From sequence record MK373782.1: a DNA stretch of 64,000 bases; one strand, 5' to 3'. This stretch comes from Escherichia phage vB_EcoM_KAW3E185. Position numbers and translations under genes: made by a program. The notes beneath the pieces were generated by a model. That model was not told the DNA's origin and searched no databases. It was given only the letters and a program-made list of their open reading frames with translations. Positions 37,020 to 45,661 of this stretch are shown in pieces. The first letter of the stretch is position 1, and each line of letters starts with the position of its first letter.

Positions 37020-38708
37020 TTATGAAACAGTCATTACCGTAAATCGTCCAACTTTGCTCATTTGAAGATGTTGTCCATAAGCTTGTGGGTCATGGTCTCT
37101 GTGACTAATTATAAACACGTTTGCATCGGTTAGAGAGTTAAGAATTGTTGAAATGGCTTTAATACCTTCGGAATCAGTCGCGGAATCCATGACTTCGTCC
37201 ATAATTAATGTATTGATTCTAACACCAGAGACCTTTTCAGCAATATCTCGCCATGTAAACAACAATGCGATATCGATACGTGCCTTTTCACCTTGACTAA
37301 ATGAAGCATAACTGAACTCTTCACGACCGCGTGATTTTATAGATTCATTGAATTCTTCGTCAATAGAAAACACGTAATCAGCTTCCATGATTTTAAGATA
37401 ATGGTTAATCTGCTTGTTGAACAGAGGCACATATTTTTTAATGATAGCACCTTTAATACCAGAATCTTTTAACATATCTGTGATAATACCACGATGGTAT
37501 TTTTCAAGAACGATATCTGATTTTGTTTTAATGATTTTATCAAGTTCTTTTTGAAGCAAAGCTATCTCATCGGCATGGTCGATAAATTCTGCTGAGGCTT
37601 GCTCTATTGCAGCTTTAACTTTCTTAGCTTTATCAATAGTGGCAATCATTGCTTGTTTCTTGGTACGAATATCAGATGCAAGGTCCTGTTTAGTCTTAAC
37701 ATTAGCTCTATATTCATCAACTAGGACACTCAGATTATCTCTGTGACAGGTAAGTTGCTCGAATGAGTGATTACATTCATGAAGCTTATCGGTAATCTTA
37801 GAGACAATAGGGTCACCCTGGTGCAATTGTGATGCACAAGTAGGACATGTGCCACCGTCATGATACATCTTAATAACTTTGTTATATGAGTCGATTTTAG
37901 ATTTAATCAAGAATGCTTCTTGTCCTATCTTGTTGAATGCCTCAGTAGGGTCTTCATCAAGAACGATATTAAGTAGTCGCTCATTAGCTTCTTCGATTTC
38001 TGCTTTTAATGAACGAGCTTCTTTGGCTAGGTCGTCATACATATTCTGTAGACGCGCTACATTATCACCAGATAATTTCTTTTGACGTTCGATATTCTCA
38101 TTATAAATCTTAATTTGTTGGATAACACCATCTTTCTTGGCATCGAGAACTTGTCCCTGGGAATTAAGTTCTCGAACTTGAGACTTATTGATTTTATCCA
38201 TTTCAGCGAGTGTGCCGACTTCTAAAAGGTCTTCGACAAGTTTTCTACGAGCAGGGGTGCTAAGAGCCATGAAAGGGGTATACCCTGCCGTCCCAAGCAC
38301 AACGATCTGTTTAAAAGACGCGTATGACATTCCGATGCTACGTTCAAATTCTTCTTGGAAGTCACGACTGCTGGCAGATTCATCGAGACGAACACCGTCA
38401 ACGGAGATTTCGAAAATATTGGGCTTTTGGCCGCGTCTAATGAAGTATTTTTTATCATCGAATTCCATCCAAAGCTCAACTAAGAGCTCTTTCTTGTTCG
38501 TGCTATTAATGATTTGTCCTTTCTTAACATCACGAAATGGTTTACCGAAAAGTCCGAAAGTAATGGCTTCTAACATCGTAGATTTACCACCGCCATTTTT
38601 ACCAGTGATTAATGTCTTTTGGACTTTATCTAATTGGATATCAATAGGATTCCCACCTACCGACATGATGTTTTGATAACGAACACGATTTAATTTAAAT
38701 GATTTCAT
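37020..38708 (-). CDS. 46: recombination nuclease subunit gp46 (Rad50/SbcC-like ATPase), 562 aa
   Basis: Walker A GKNGGGKST, long coiled-coil middle, zinc hook CPTC, C-terminal ABC signature region. Confidence 0.85.
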   Translation of the reverse strand: MKSFKLNRVRYQNIMSVGGNPIDIQLDKVQKTLITGKNGGGKSTMLEAITFGLFGKPFRDVKKGQIINSTNKKELLVELWMEFDDKKYFIRRGQKPNIFEISVDGVRLDESASSRDFQEEFERSIGMSYASFKQIVVLGTAGYTPFMALSTPARRKLVEDLLEVGTLAEMDKINKSQVRELNSQGQVLDAKKDGVIQQIKIYNENIERQKKLSGDNVARLQNMYDDLAKEARSLKAEIEEANERLLNIVLDEDPTEAFNKIGQEAFLIKSKIDSYNKVIKMYHDGGTCPTCASQLHQGDPIVSKITDKLHECNHSFEQLTCHRDNLSVLVDEYRANVKTKQDLASDIRTKKQAMIATIDKAKKVKAAIEQASAEFIDHADEIALLQKELDKIIKTKSDIVLEKYHRGIITDMLKDSGIKGAIIKKYVPLFNKQINHYLKIMEADYVFSIDEEFNESIKSRGREEFSYASFSQGEKARIDIALLFTWRDIAEKVSGVRINTLIMDEVMDSATDSEGIKAISTILNSLTDANVFIISHRDHDPQAYGQHLQMSKVGRFTVMTVS

Positions 38709-38953
38709 ATGTATTCTCTTCGAATGAAGTCCTCTACATATTTTAACATGTCATCTCTATCAGCAAAATATTCATCTAGTTCCGCATACATAACAACACC
38801 TGGTGCATACTCGCAAGTAACATACATTGTTCCAAAGAAACGAGGAGTTGATTCCTCGTAATTCTCAGTCCATTCAACGATGCCAATATAACCGTCACCA
38901 ATACTAAATTCATGACGATGGATTTCATAATCAGTCTTCGTCATTATACGCAT
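38705..38953 (-). CDS. small hypothetical protein (about 82 aa)
   Basis: Track ORF 38705-38959; first listed Met is probably a non-ATG codon, start chosen at Met3. Confidence 0.4.
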   Translation of the reverse strand: MRIMTKTDYEIHRHEFSIGDGYIGIVEWTENYEESTPRFFGTMYVTCEYAPGVVMYAELDEYFADRDDMLKYVEDFIRREYI

Positions 38954-39188
38954 CCTCAATACACGCTTCAGCCATTTTAAGAATAGAGCCGGGAGTATCG
39001 TTGTCCATTATATTAAAGCTAAATTCAATAGCCCAGTCGGTGCAGACATGAACTGCTTTAACTTCATTGCCTTCAACGCGTAATGGCTCAATCCAATACT
39101 TGATAGTGTTCTCGAATCCATCATCGTCTTTAACGTCCATTTCAACTTCAAGTCCAAGCCCAGCATTATTAAATTCATCTAAAGTCAT
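38931..39188 (-). CDS. small acidic hypothetical protein (85 aa)
   Basis: ORF on gene strand. Confidence 0.4.
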   Translation of the reverse strand: MTLDEFNNAGLGLEVEMDVKDDDGFENTIKYWIEPLRVEGNEVKAVHVCTDWAIEFSFNIMDNDTPGSILKMAEACIEDAYNDED

Positions 39189-40204
39189 TGTGTTGCCTCA
39201 ATATAAAGTTCGTTGGAATATTTGACCAGCGCTTCTCTGTCTTCGTCTGAGATATCTGGAATCGCGTCAATATATTCTTTAATGATATCTTGAAGTGATT
39301 TAATCTCGATTTCCTGGTCATCATCAGATTCAACACTGTTATCAACTTTAGAAACCATACGAAGAGAGTGAACTACTTTTTCAAGTTCAGATTCAAACTT
39401 AGTCAACTCTGAATCAATTTCTGATACTATAACACGTACGGCTAGATTAGTATAATCAGAATAATTGATTTTGCCTTTAAACGGATAAGTGATTCGTCGA
39501 TGCCATGTTGTTTCATTAGGAATAAATTCCATACGTTCAACATCAGTGTCAAATACCCAGAATCCGCGCGGGTCGTTCTCATCGCCTGCAGTAAGGGTCC
39601 ATGGTGTCCCAATATATTTGACGTTAGCAGCTTCAGAGATTGTGTGGAAGTGGCCGGACCAGACTTGTTTATAGGTCTTTAAGAAATCAGGTTCAAGCCC
39701 ATGAGACTTCATTCCTTTATAGAAATAAAAGCCATTCAGTTCCCAGTGCCCAACACAATACGCTGCGGAAGAAGTCTTGATGTGCTCTAAGATTTCACCT
39801 GTATTTTCTTCACACATCCATGGAACGATATCAATCAGACATCCGTCAAAATCTACAGTAGTTGGATGTTCGTAAATAGTAAAGTTTTCAAATTGAGTTA
39901 ACAATTCAGAAACAGTGTTAGGTGTTATTGTATTCTTAAACGCCATGTCATGGTTTCCTATCGTGACATGAACGTGAATGCCTGCTTTAGAAATCATATC
40001 AACGATTTCACGATTGAATTCCATTGTACGATGTGTTATTGCTTTACGGACGTCAAACCAATCACCATACTGAATCCAAGTTTTAATCCCGTGTTTCTTA
40101 GAGTATTCAATTGCTTGACGAATACCATCACGTTGAATATCTTGAACCCATGGGTCGTCTTGTTTGACTCCGATATGGAAGTCGCCTAAGTGCAAAATTT
40201 TCAT
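39185..40204 (-). CDS. 47: recombination nuclease subunit gp47 (Mre11/SbcD-like phosphoesterase), 339 aa
   Basis: Calcineurin-like phosphoesterase motifs (LHLGDFH, GDWFD, GNHD, GHxH). Confidence 0.85.
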   Translation of the reverse strand: MKILHLGDFHIGVKQDDPWVQDIQRDGIRQAIEYSKKHGIKTWIQYGDWFDVRKAITHRTMEFNREIVDMISKAGIHVHVTIGNHDMAFKNTITPNTVSELLTQFENFTIYEHPTTVDFDGCLIDIVPWMCEENTGEILEHIKTSSAAYCVGHWELNGFYFYKGMKSHGLEPDFLKTYKQVWSGHFHTISEAANVKYIGTPWTLTAGDENDPRGFWVFDTDVERMEFIPNETTWHRRITYPFKGKINYSDYTNLAVRVIVSEIDSELTKFESELEKVVHSLRMVSKVDNSVESDDDQEIEIKSLQDIIKEYIDAIPDISDEDREALVKYSNELYIEATQ

Positions 40205-40250
40205 ATTATTTCCTCATTAGTTAATTCATTTTATCATCCGTTTATAAAGC

Positions 40251-40275
40251 AAAAAAGGAACTCCGAAGAGTTCCT
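40251..40275 (-). terminator. terminator hairpin aggaactc-UUCG-gagttcct + U5
   Basis: 8-bp stem, UUCG loop, U-run on minus transcript; coordinates approximate. Confidence 0.55.
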
Positions 40276-40447
40276 ATCCACATAGTACACCGTACAGAGG
40301 CTCATTTGAACTTTTAAATCGAATGGGCTTGTATGTAATAGTTCCTTCGGCTTTAGCTTTATCATAAGACTCTTTAAAACGTCTCATTCTTTCTGCTTTG
40401 CCTTTACGGATTTTATCGAAATTTTCAGAAGTCGGGATGTTCGTCAT
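40274..40447 (-). CDS. small basic hypothetical protein (57 aa)
   Basis: Not in ORF track; hand translation MTNIPTSENFDKIRKGKAERMRRFKESYDKAKAEGTITYKPIRFKSSNEPLYGVLCG. Confidence 0.3.
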   Translation of the reverse strand: MTNIPTSENFDKIRKGKAERMRRFKESYDKAKAEGTITYKPIRFKSSNEPLYGVLCG

Positions 40448-40486
40448 GCATAAGCACCTCTCAGAAAATGCCTAAATCAATTTCTC

Positions 40487-40693
40487 TCATCGTTTCCACC
40501 ATTTCTTAACTTGAAATGAATCGACCCACACGAGTTGTTTTGGGTCTGCCTTTACAATAGGCGGACAAATTTCTGTAATAGAACCGTCGTGATATTCCTT
40601 TTCAGAAATTTTAACACAAAGAGGACCTCCCAATTTAAGGGTGAACCCTGCGTTCAGCTTCAGACGTTTAAACTTTGTTTGAACTAGCGCCAT
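40487..40693 (-). CDS. small hypothetical protein (about 68 aa)
   Basis: Track ORF 40487-40708; start chosen at Met6. Confidence 0.4.
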   Translation of the reverse strand: MALVQTKFKRLKLNAGFTLKLGGPLCVKISEKEYHDGSITEICPPIVKADPKQLVWVDSFQVKKWWKR

Positions 40694-40991
40694 TAATGAT
40701 GTCCTCAATAGCCTGACGAGTAGTAACCCACTGGATTTTAATTAACTTGTCATTATATGGTTGTCGTAGAATATCCCGAGATTTCTTAATAGCATATTCG
40801 TAAGCTTCGAAGTTGTTTTGAATTGCTGCTTCTTGAGCATGAGCATAAAGGCGGTTTAGTTCAAAACGATTCTTTTTAAGAATCTTTTCGGATTTTTTAC
40901 GTGCTTCAGCTTCATTTTTCTTTTGGATTTCTTGTAGCATTTTAGCTACTGCATCTTCTGTTTCTTTATTTTCAATAATCTCGGTAGTCAT
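40668..40991 (-). CDS. hypothetical protein (107 aa)
   Basis: ORF on gene strand. Confidence 0.45.
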   Translation of the reverse strand: MTTEIIENKETEDAVAKMLQEIQKKNEAEARKKSEKILKKNRFELNRLYAHAQEAAIQNNFEAYEYAIKKSRDILRQPYNDKLIKIQWVTTRQAIEDIINGASSNKV

Positions 40992-40992
40992 A

Positions 40993-41202
40993 TTATCTCA
41001 TTAAATTAAAATAAAAACGTCCATCCTCTTCAATACAGAACTCATACTCAACCGGAGTCCCATTTATCGAAAATGACACGTCATGTGGGTTCAAAGGGTC
41101 GATGTCAAAATTAATTTTAAATTCACGACCCAACAGTTTTACTAAATAAGGGATTGCTTCGTCAAAAGGTTCTTCTAAGTAGTTAGAGATGTCAATTGTC
41201 AT
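40993..41202 (-). CDS. small hypothetical protein (about 69 aa)
   Basis: Track ORF 40993-41286 overlaps gene 55; start chosen at an internal Met, uncertain. Confidence 0.3.
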   Translation of the reverse strand: MTIDISNYLEEPFDEAIPYLVKLLGREFKINFDIDPLNPHDVSFSINGTPVEYEFCIEEDGRFYFNLMR

Positions 41203-41749
41203 CCTCATATAAAAAATCCAAACTAGGCGAATCGCTAACAACTTCCTTCTTTTCAGCCCCAGGAGCTTTATAAGCGGATTCTTCATAATGCGTCATTTTA
41301 TCGTAGATGTCTTGAATAAACGTTTCATCTACCAACGCTACCATATCATCGTCATGACTGTCGTAGACATTATGAACGAAGTAACTATATTTCTTTGCAA
41401 CTTCCTTACGTTCTTTTTTGATACGTTGGACAAAAGCATTAAAACAAGCTCGAGTTATGTATGCATGTGGGTTATTGTACTTAGTTTCGTCGAAATTATG
41501 AAGTCCCTTAATAGAGGCTTCAATCCCATCTGCAATCATCTCCTGCTTCCAAGACTGGGTATATCCTGAAAAGTTGAAACGTTTAGACAGGCCTTCGGCA
41601 ATAAGCATAATTGCTAAACCGATGGTATCATTCTGACGAATAATTTTGTTTGGGTCTTTATTATTTAAGAGCTCCTTTTTCCACTCGATTATAGCGGCGA
41701 GAAGCTCTTTATTATTCACATAGTTATTTTTAGGTTTTTGTTCAGTCAT
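41192..41749 (-). CDS. 55: late-transcription sigma factor gp55
   Basis: [21 protein letters not shown]...[36 protein letters not shown] matches T4 gp55 as I recall it; start chosen at Met7. Confidence 0.85.
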   Translation of the reverse strand: MTEQKPKNNYVNNKELLAAIIEWKKELLNNKDPNKIIRQNDTIGLAIMLIAEGLSKRFNFSGYTQSWKQEMIADGIEASIKGLHNFDETKYNNPHAYITRACFNAFVQRIKKERKEVAKKYSYFVHNVYDSHDDDMVALVDETFIQDIYDKMTHYEESAYKAPGAEKKEVVSDSPSLDFLYEDDN

Positions 41750-41770
41750 AAGTACCTCTTGGCTCAATTC

Positions 41771-41804
41771 ATAGGTCTATTATATCATAATATTTAGAGA
41801 CCTA
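41771..41804. repeat. inverted repeat ataggtct ... agacctat (8-bp arms, about 18-nt AT-rich spacer)
   Basis: Read directly just upstream of the gene 55 start; coordinates approximate. Confidence 0.4.
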
Positions 41805-41821
41805 TCTTAAAGCACGAGATA

Positions 41822-42091
41822 CTATCGGAGCAAACAATAAGCCTGAAACACCTTTTTCATTAAACGTTTGAACTCATAGATATCGATATAAAGCTCAGTA
41901 AGACCGGCGTTATAAAGAAAATCTAAAAAGTTCTCATGCGTTTCGTTATAGTCGCCTTCATTTAATTGAGATACATGAGTTTCCCAAAAACCAACACCTT
42001 TAACGAATGGAAAATACGTGACTTTCATGTATTCGTCAACATAAAATTCGCCCAGATTTTCTTCAGTTATACTGATTCGAGTTAATTTCAT
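41822..42091 (-). CDS. hypothetical protein (89 aa)
   Basis: ORF on gene strand, translationally coupled chain. Confidence 0.45.
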   Translation of the reverse strand: MKLTRISITEENLGEFYVDEYMKVTYFPFVKGVGFWETHVSQLNEGDYNETHENFLDFLYNAGLTELYIDIYEFKRLMKKVFQAYCLLR

Positions 42092-42315
42092 TCTAGTTCC
42101 TTTGCTGCTTCAAGAGCAGCATCCAGTGAATCAAATTGGTCAACGAAATCAATATTCAACGCATCGTCAGCCGTAGCATATAACCACCATTGTTTGAATT
42201 CGTATTCTAGGATAAATCCGGGCCCTTCAATCTGAGGAAGACCTAGGCTATTTGTACCAACTTCGTAACCAGCTAGACGCAGATCATTAATCAAAGTTTC
42301 TGTTAATACGCTCAT
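42088..42315 (-). CDS. hypothetical acidic protein (75 aa)
   Basis: ORF on gene strand. Confidence 0.45.
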   Translation of the reverse strand: MSVLTETLINDLRLAGYEVGTNSLGLPQIEGPGFILEYEFKQWWLYATADDALNIDFVDQFDSLDAALEAAKELE

Positions 42316-42644
42316 TTTACCGCCTTAACAATTTTTAAGTCAACGAATTTTTTCTTACGTTGATTTTTCATACGACGGATAGTCTTTTCAGAGATTTCAT
42401 GTTTCTGATAAGCTTTAGATTCAACACCAAATGCAGCAACGTCAAATTCAGAAAGAATATATTGTACTAGAATTTCACGAATAGAATTACGTCCAATTTT
42501 CTGGTCGTGTTTTTGCATGATTTCATAAAGACGGAATTCCAACGCATCAAGAACTTGAGGAGTAACAATATTGCCAGATTCCAGAAGAGCAACAACTTTA
42601 TCGAAAGCGAAAGAATTAACTACGTTTTTGATTTTAGTAGACAT
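42312..42644 (-). CDS. hypothetical protein (about 110 aa)
   Basis: Track ORF 42312-42674; start chosen at Met11 with GAGGAAA Shine-Dalgarno. Confidence 0.45.
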   Translation of the reverse strand: MSTKIKNVVNSFAFDKVVALLESGNIVTPQVLDALEFRLYEIMQKHDQKIGRNSIREILVQYILSEFDVAAFGVESKAYQKHEISEKTIRRMKNQRKKKFVDLKIVKAVK

Positions 42645-42710
42645 ATTATTTTCCTCGGTTATTTTATTATCCAACGAGAGAATTATACTCTGCTCTCAAG
42701 AGTTTGTATA

Positions 42711-42950
42711 CTATTTTTTAAGCATGAAAAGCAAGTAATTTGTATCGCGTGGAGTAATATCAACACCCATATCAAAGATGCCTTTATAGATTGGGTATTT
42801 GTTTTCGGTTGTATCGAAGCTGAAACTATTTCCATCACAACTAACAGTAATAGCATCTGTTAAAATGTCATACTCAATCCTAACAATTGAATCCCCAATT
42901 TTAACGTCGAGGTGTTTTTTGAATTTGATAAAATCTAATTCTTGGGCCAT
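42711..42950 (-). CDS. hypothetical protein (79 aa)
   Basis: ORF on gene strand. Confidence 0.45.
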   Translation of the reverse strand: MAQELDFIKFKKHLDVKIGDSIVRIEYDILTDAITVSCDGNSFSFDTTENKYPIYKGIFDMGVDITPRDTNYLLFMLKK

Positions 42951-43013
42951 GATATTTTCCTCATTTTAAGACGATAGGAAGATAATAACATGTCTTCCTA
43001 TCGTTGTACATTA

Positions 43014-43214
43014 TTAACCGAACTTTTTAGCGCCTTTCCAGCCTTCGTACATAACTGCACAAGTCAGTAGTACAGCGTGCTGGCATTCTTTGTATTTGTA
43101 AATCCAGAACCAGCGTAAGAAGTCTTCATCCTCAACGCCGTTGAGTTTCATATTGGCAAAGAATTCGGCACGTTCTTCACGAAGCTTTTGCGATAACATA
43201 GATTCAGGATTCAT
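43014..43214 (-). CDS. small hypothetical protein (66 aa)
   Basis: ORF on gene strand. Confidence 0.4.
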   Translation of the reverse strand: MNPESMLSQKLREERAEFFANMKLNGVEDEDFLRWFWIYKYKECQHAVLLTCAVMYEGWKGAKKFG

Positions 43215-43345
43215 TTTGTGTTCCAGGCCCCATTTTCATCGATGAACTTAATCCAGTCATTTACAGACCATTTAGTTGTATCACCCTTTGGATTAACATT
43301 TAAAGTATATAATCCCTGCTTAAAAAGCATTCGTTTGATATTCAT
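43211..43345 (-). CDS. small hypothetical protein (about 44 aa)
   Basis: Track ORF 43211-43438 overlaps its neighbour; start chosen at Met32 with GAGGA Shine-Dalgarno; uncertain. Confidence 0.3.
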   Translation of the reverse strand: MNIKRMLFKQGLYTLNVNPKGDTTKWSVNDWIKFIDENGAWNTK

Positions 43346-43352
43346 AATTTCC

Positions 43353-43646
43353 TCAACTGTAACGATAACATTCGTTAGCTTTACGTTTGGCTTCAGTATG
43401 AGAAGTATTATAATCATACTCTTCTTTACTGTAAACATCTTTTTTCAACTTACGAACTTCTTTGCGGAGTTGTCGATTCATTTCATTCTTGACTTCAGAA
43501 TCAACGCCTTTCATACGTTTCCATTTATCTGAGCGGAAGATGTTTTCAACCATGTCTTTGTGGCTAACACCGTCAGGAGCTTTACGCTTACCAAAATAGT
43601 CGTAATCGCGAACTTTCAAATCTTTACGACGATACGTTTTACCCAT
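43353..43646 (-). CDS. basic hypothetical protein (about 97 aa)
   Basis: Track ORF 43353-43673; start chosen at Met10 with GAGGT Shine-Dalgarno. Confidence 0.4.
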   Translation of the reverse strand: MGKTYRRKDLKVRDYDYFGKRKAPDGVSHKDMVENIFRSDKWKRMKGVDSEVKNEMNRQLRKEVRKLKKDVYSKEEYDYNTSHTEAKRKANECYRYS

Positions 43647-43653
43647 AAGTACC

Positions 43654-43902
43654 TCAGAGGTTGATTGATACAACGCGTTTGATAAAATTCACTTCACTTA
43701 CTGAAAGGTCTTTAAGACCGATTGATTCTAAACGCTGAGTAAGCGTCAACATCGGGATATAATCCCAATGAGTTTTAGTTGCTTGATAAGTACGAACTCC
43801 ATTAGCAATTTCAACGTTCAAATCGGAAATGGTAATGAATATCGGACGCTCGTCATTAACTTTAAGGGTTAGAACAACTTTCTTTGAATCTAAACTAATC
43901 AT
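43654..43902 (-). CDS. hypothetical protein (82 aa)
   Basis: ORF on gene strand. Confidence 0.45.
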   Translation of the reverse strand: MISLDSKKVVLTLKVNDERPIFITISDLNVEIANGVRTYQATKTHWDYIPMLTLTQRLESIGLKDLSVSEVNFIKRVVSINL

Positions 43903-44081
43903 GACTTAATTTCCTTCGCAATTGAACAGAAGATACCACGGTCACAAAGCATTTCACCAATTTCTGGATATTTGATTGAATGGTACCAAACATCCAGGCT
44001 TGAAACTCTGGTTATCTGTACTGCATTACCGTTGACAGAATAGTACTGGTCAACCTTAATTTCTTTATCTTCAATTGTCAT
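43899..44081 (-). CDS. small hypothetical protein (about 60 aa)
   Basis: Track ORF 43899-44243; start chosen at Met55 with GAGGAAA Shine-Dalgarno below the promoter. Confidence 0.4.
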   Translation of the reverse strand: MTIEDKEIKVDQYYSVNGNAVQITRVSSLDVWYHSIKYPEIGEMLCDRGIFCSIAKEIKS

Positions 44082-44109
44082 TTTATTTTCCTCTATAGTA
44101 GATGGTTTA

Positions 44110-44138
44110 ATCTTAACACATTTATTGAGGATGTAAAC
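44110..44138 (-). promoter_or_regulatory. early promoter (-35 GTTTAC, 17 nt, -10 TAAGAT)
   Basis: Hexamers on minus strand; coordinates approximate. Confidence 0.4.
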
Positions 44139-44247
44139 TGTTTTATGAAAATATTTTTTGATTTGAGAGGGGCACAAGGAGATAGTGAAGTGAAGATTCC
44201 AATGGATTATATTAGAAATGAGATAAAGAAGACCAGGCGGCACCTGG

Positions 44248-44700
44248 TCAATCTTCTATGATATCAGAGTCATATCCTAATGAAATCAAGGACTTTTTAA
44301 ACTCTGCAATATTCTTTTGTTTCTTATCATTTAAAAATATGACAGGATAACGAATATTAAGTGAAGTGAATCCTGCACGTTTAGCAAGAGATACGATTAA
44401 AGGACGGTCATATTCAATCTTACCATTATTAGTGAGGACTTTATAAAATGTATAAGGAGCATTGAGCTCCTTTAAAAGTTTTGTAACAGTATAACATCCT
44501 GGACAACGTCCAACTTCTTCAGGGATGCCATAAATTTCAATCTTGTTCTTTAAGTTCGAGTTTTGTTCCACGAGAAATAATTCCTTGGTAAGCCCAATAA
44601 GGAGGATTAACAGAATCCTCACCAGAGTTTTCTTCAGGAAAATAAACCTGGATAACGAAGCCGGATTCATCAAAGGTAAAATAAACCGTAGGCAATTCAC
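44248..44700 (-). CDS. glutaredoxin/NrdH-like redoxin (CPGC active site); true start probably internal
   Basis: EIYGIPEEVGRCPGCYTV thioredoxin-fold motif; 5' third of the track ORF overlaps the upstream gene and has no in-frame ATG near the expected start. Confidence 0.45.
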   Translation of the reverse strand: MNCLRFILPLMNPASLSRFIFLKKTLVRILLILLIGLTKELFLVEQNSNLKNKIEIYGIPEEVGRCPGCYTVTKLLKELNAPYTFYKVLTNNGKIEYDRPLIVSLAKRAGFTSLNIRYPVIFLNDKKQKNIAEFKKSLISLGYDSDIIED

Positions 44701-44854
44701 CTAACAATTCGGCACGAGCATTAATTTCTTCTAGATCTCGTTCACGTCCAGCCCAAAAACTAGGATTTAGATTACATTCGTAAAAATAATAGTCATTACC
44801 GAACATATCAAAACCCTTCCAACTCTCTACCACATACCGCTCAAAACTAATCAT
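44537..44854 (-). CDS. hypothetical protein (105 aa)
   Basis: ORF on gene strand. Confidence 0.45.
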   Translation of the reverse strand: MISFERYVVESWKGFDMFGNDYYFYECNLNPSFWAGRERDLEEINARAELLGELPTVYFTFDESGFVIQVYFPEENSGEDSVNPPYWAYQGIISRGTKLELKEQD

Positions 44855-44856
44855 AA

Positions 44857-45072
44857 TTAAGCCTTTTTATCAAGAACAGAATTCAGTTTATTAGTAATTT
44901 TGTCCAAACGTTCATTGAATTCGCTGGAGGATAAACCCTTTTCTGGAGAAATTAAACTAATCACGAAAAATACACCAGTAAAAGGAATAAGAAAAATAGC
45001 TCCAACTGCCATAAACAGAAAGAATGTTACAGTTGTAAGAAAATCAGCTAAACCTTTACGAAATTTATACAT
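44857..45072 (-). CDS. small membrane protein (71 aa)
   Basis: Hydrophobic segments FFLFMAVGAIFLIPFTGVFFVISLI. Confidence 0.45.
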   Translation of the reverse strand: MYKFRKGLADFLTTVTFFLFMAVGAIFLIPFTGVFFVISLISPEKGLSSSEFNERLDKITNKLNSVLDKKA

Positions 45073-45084
45073 TTACATTTACCT

Positions 45085-45198
45085 TTAATTGATTAACCAA
45101 GCATTGATAATCATTAAACTATATTGCGAATAAAATTCTGGACCAAAACGAAAAATCATATCATTTATAGTATCCATAATGTAATTCAATTTAATCAT
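45085..45198 (-). CDS. small hypothetical protein (about 37 aa)
   Basis: Track ORF 45085-45309 overlaps nrdG; start chosen at the Met overlapping the nrdG stop; uncertain. Confidence 0.25.
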   Translation of the reverse strand: MIKLNYIMDTINDMIFRFGPEFYSQYSLMIINAWLIN

Positions 45199-45661
45199 GT
45201 TTCCACACCCCATCGGTATTTGACCAAAGTCGCTGATTATCTGATCCTCGCCACAGCTTTTTAGTCGGAAGATTTTTCTCATACTTCCCATCAATAATAA
45301 CATCAACATATTTAAGCATTTCTAGTTGTTTAATATCTTCAAACTTATATCCTGTCCACAACCAAATGCTTTTATTGGGATAAAGATTTTTTACTGTTTG
45401 AGCAATGCGATGAATAACATCTCGGTTATCAGGATAGAGAGGGTCTCCTCCGGTTATAGTTAATCCTTCTATATAATCATTATTCAAACATTCAATCAAT
45501 TGTTCTAGTGTCTCTCCAGTGAATGGAATACCATTTCTAGCATTCCATGTTGATTTATTATAACACCCTTCACATTTATGCAAACAACCTGTAACGAAAA
45601 GAACGACCCTGCATCCAGGGCCATTCACAAAGCAGCACGGGTATATTCTGTCATAATTCAT
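45191..45661 (-). CDS. nrdG: anaerobic ribonucleotide reductase activating protein NrdG (radical SAM)
   Basis: CxxxCxxC cluster motif CLHKCEGC; start chosen at Met8 because the first listed codon is not ATG. Confidence 0.8.
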   Translation of the reverse strand: MNYDRIYPCCFVNGPGCRVVLFVTGCLHKCEGCYNKSTWNARNGIPFTGETLEQLIECLNNDYIEGLTITGGDPLYPDNRDVIHRIAQTVKNLYPNKSIWLWTGYKFEDIKQLEMLKYVDVIIDGKYEKNLPTKKLWRGSDNQRLWSNTDGVWKHD

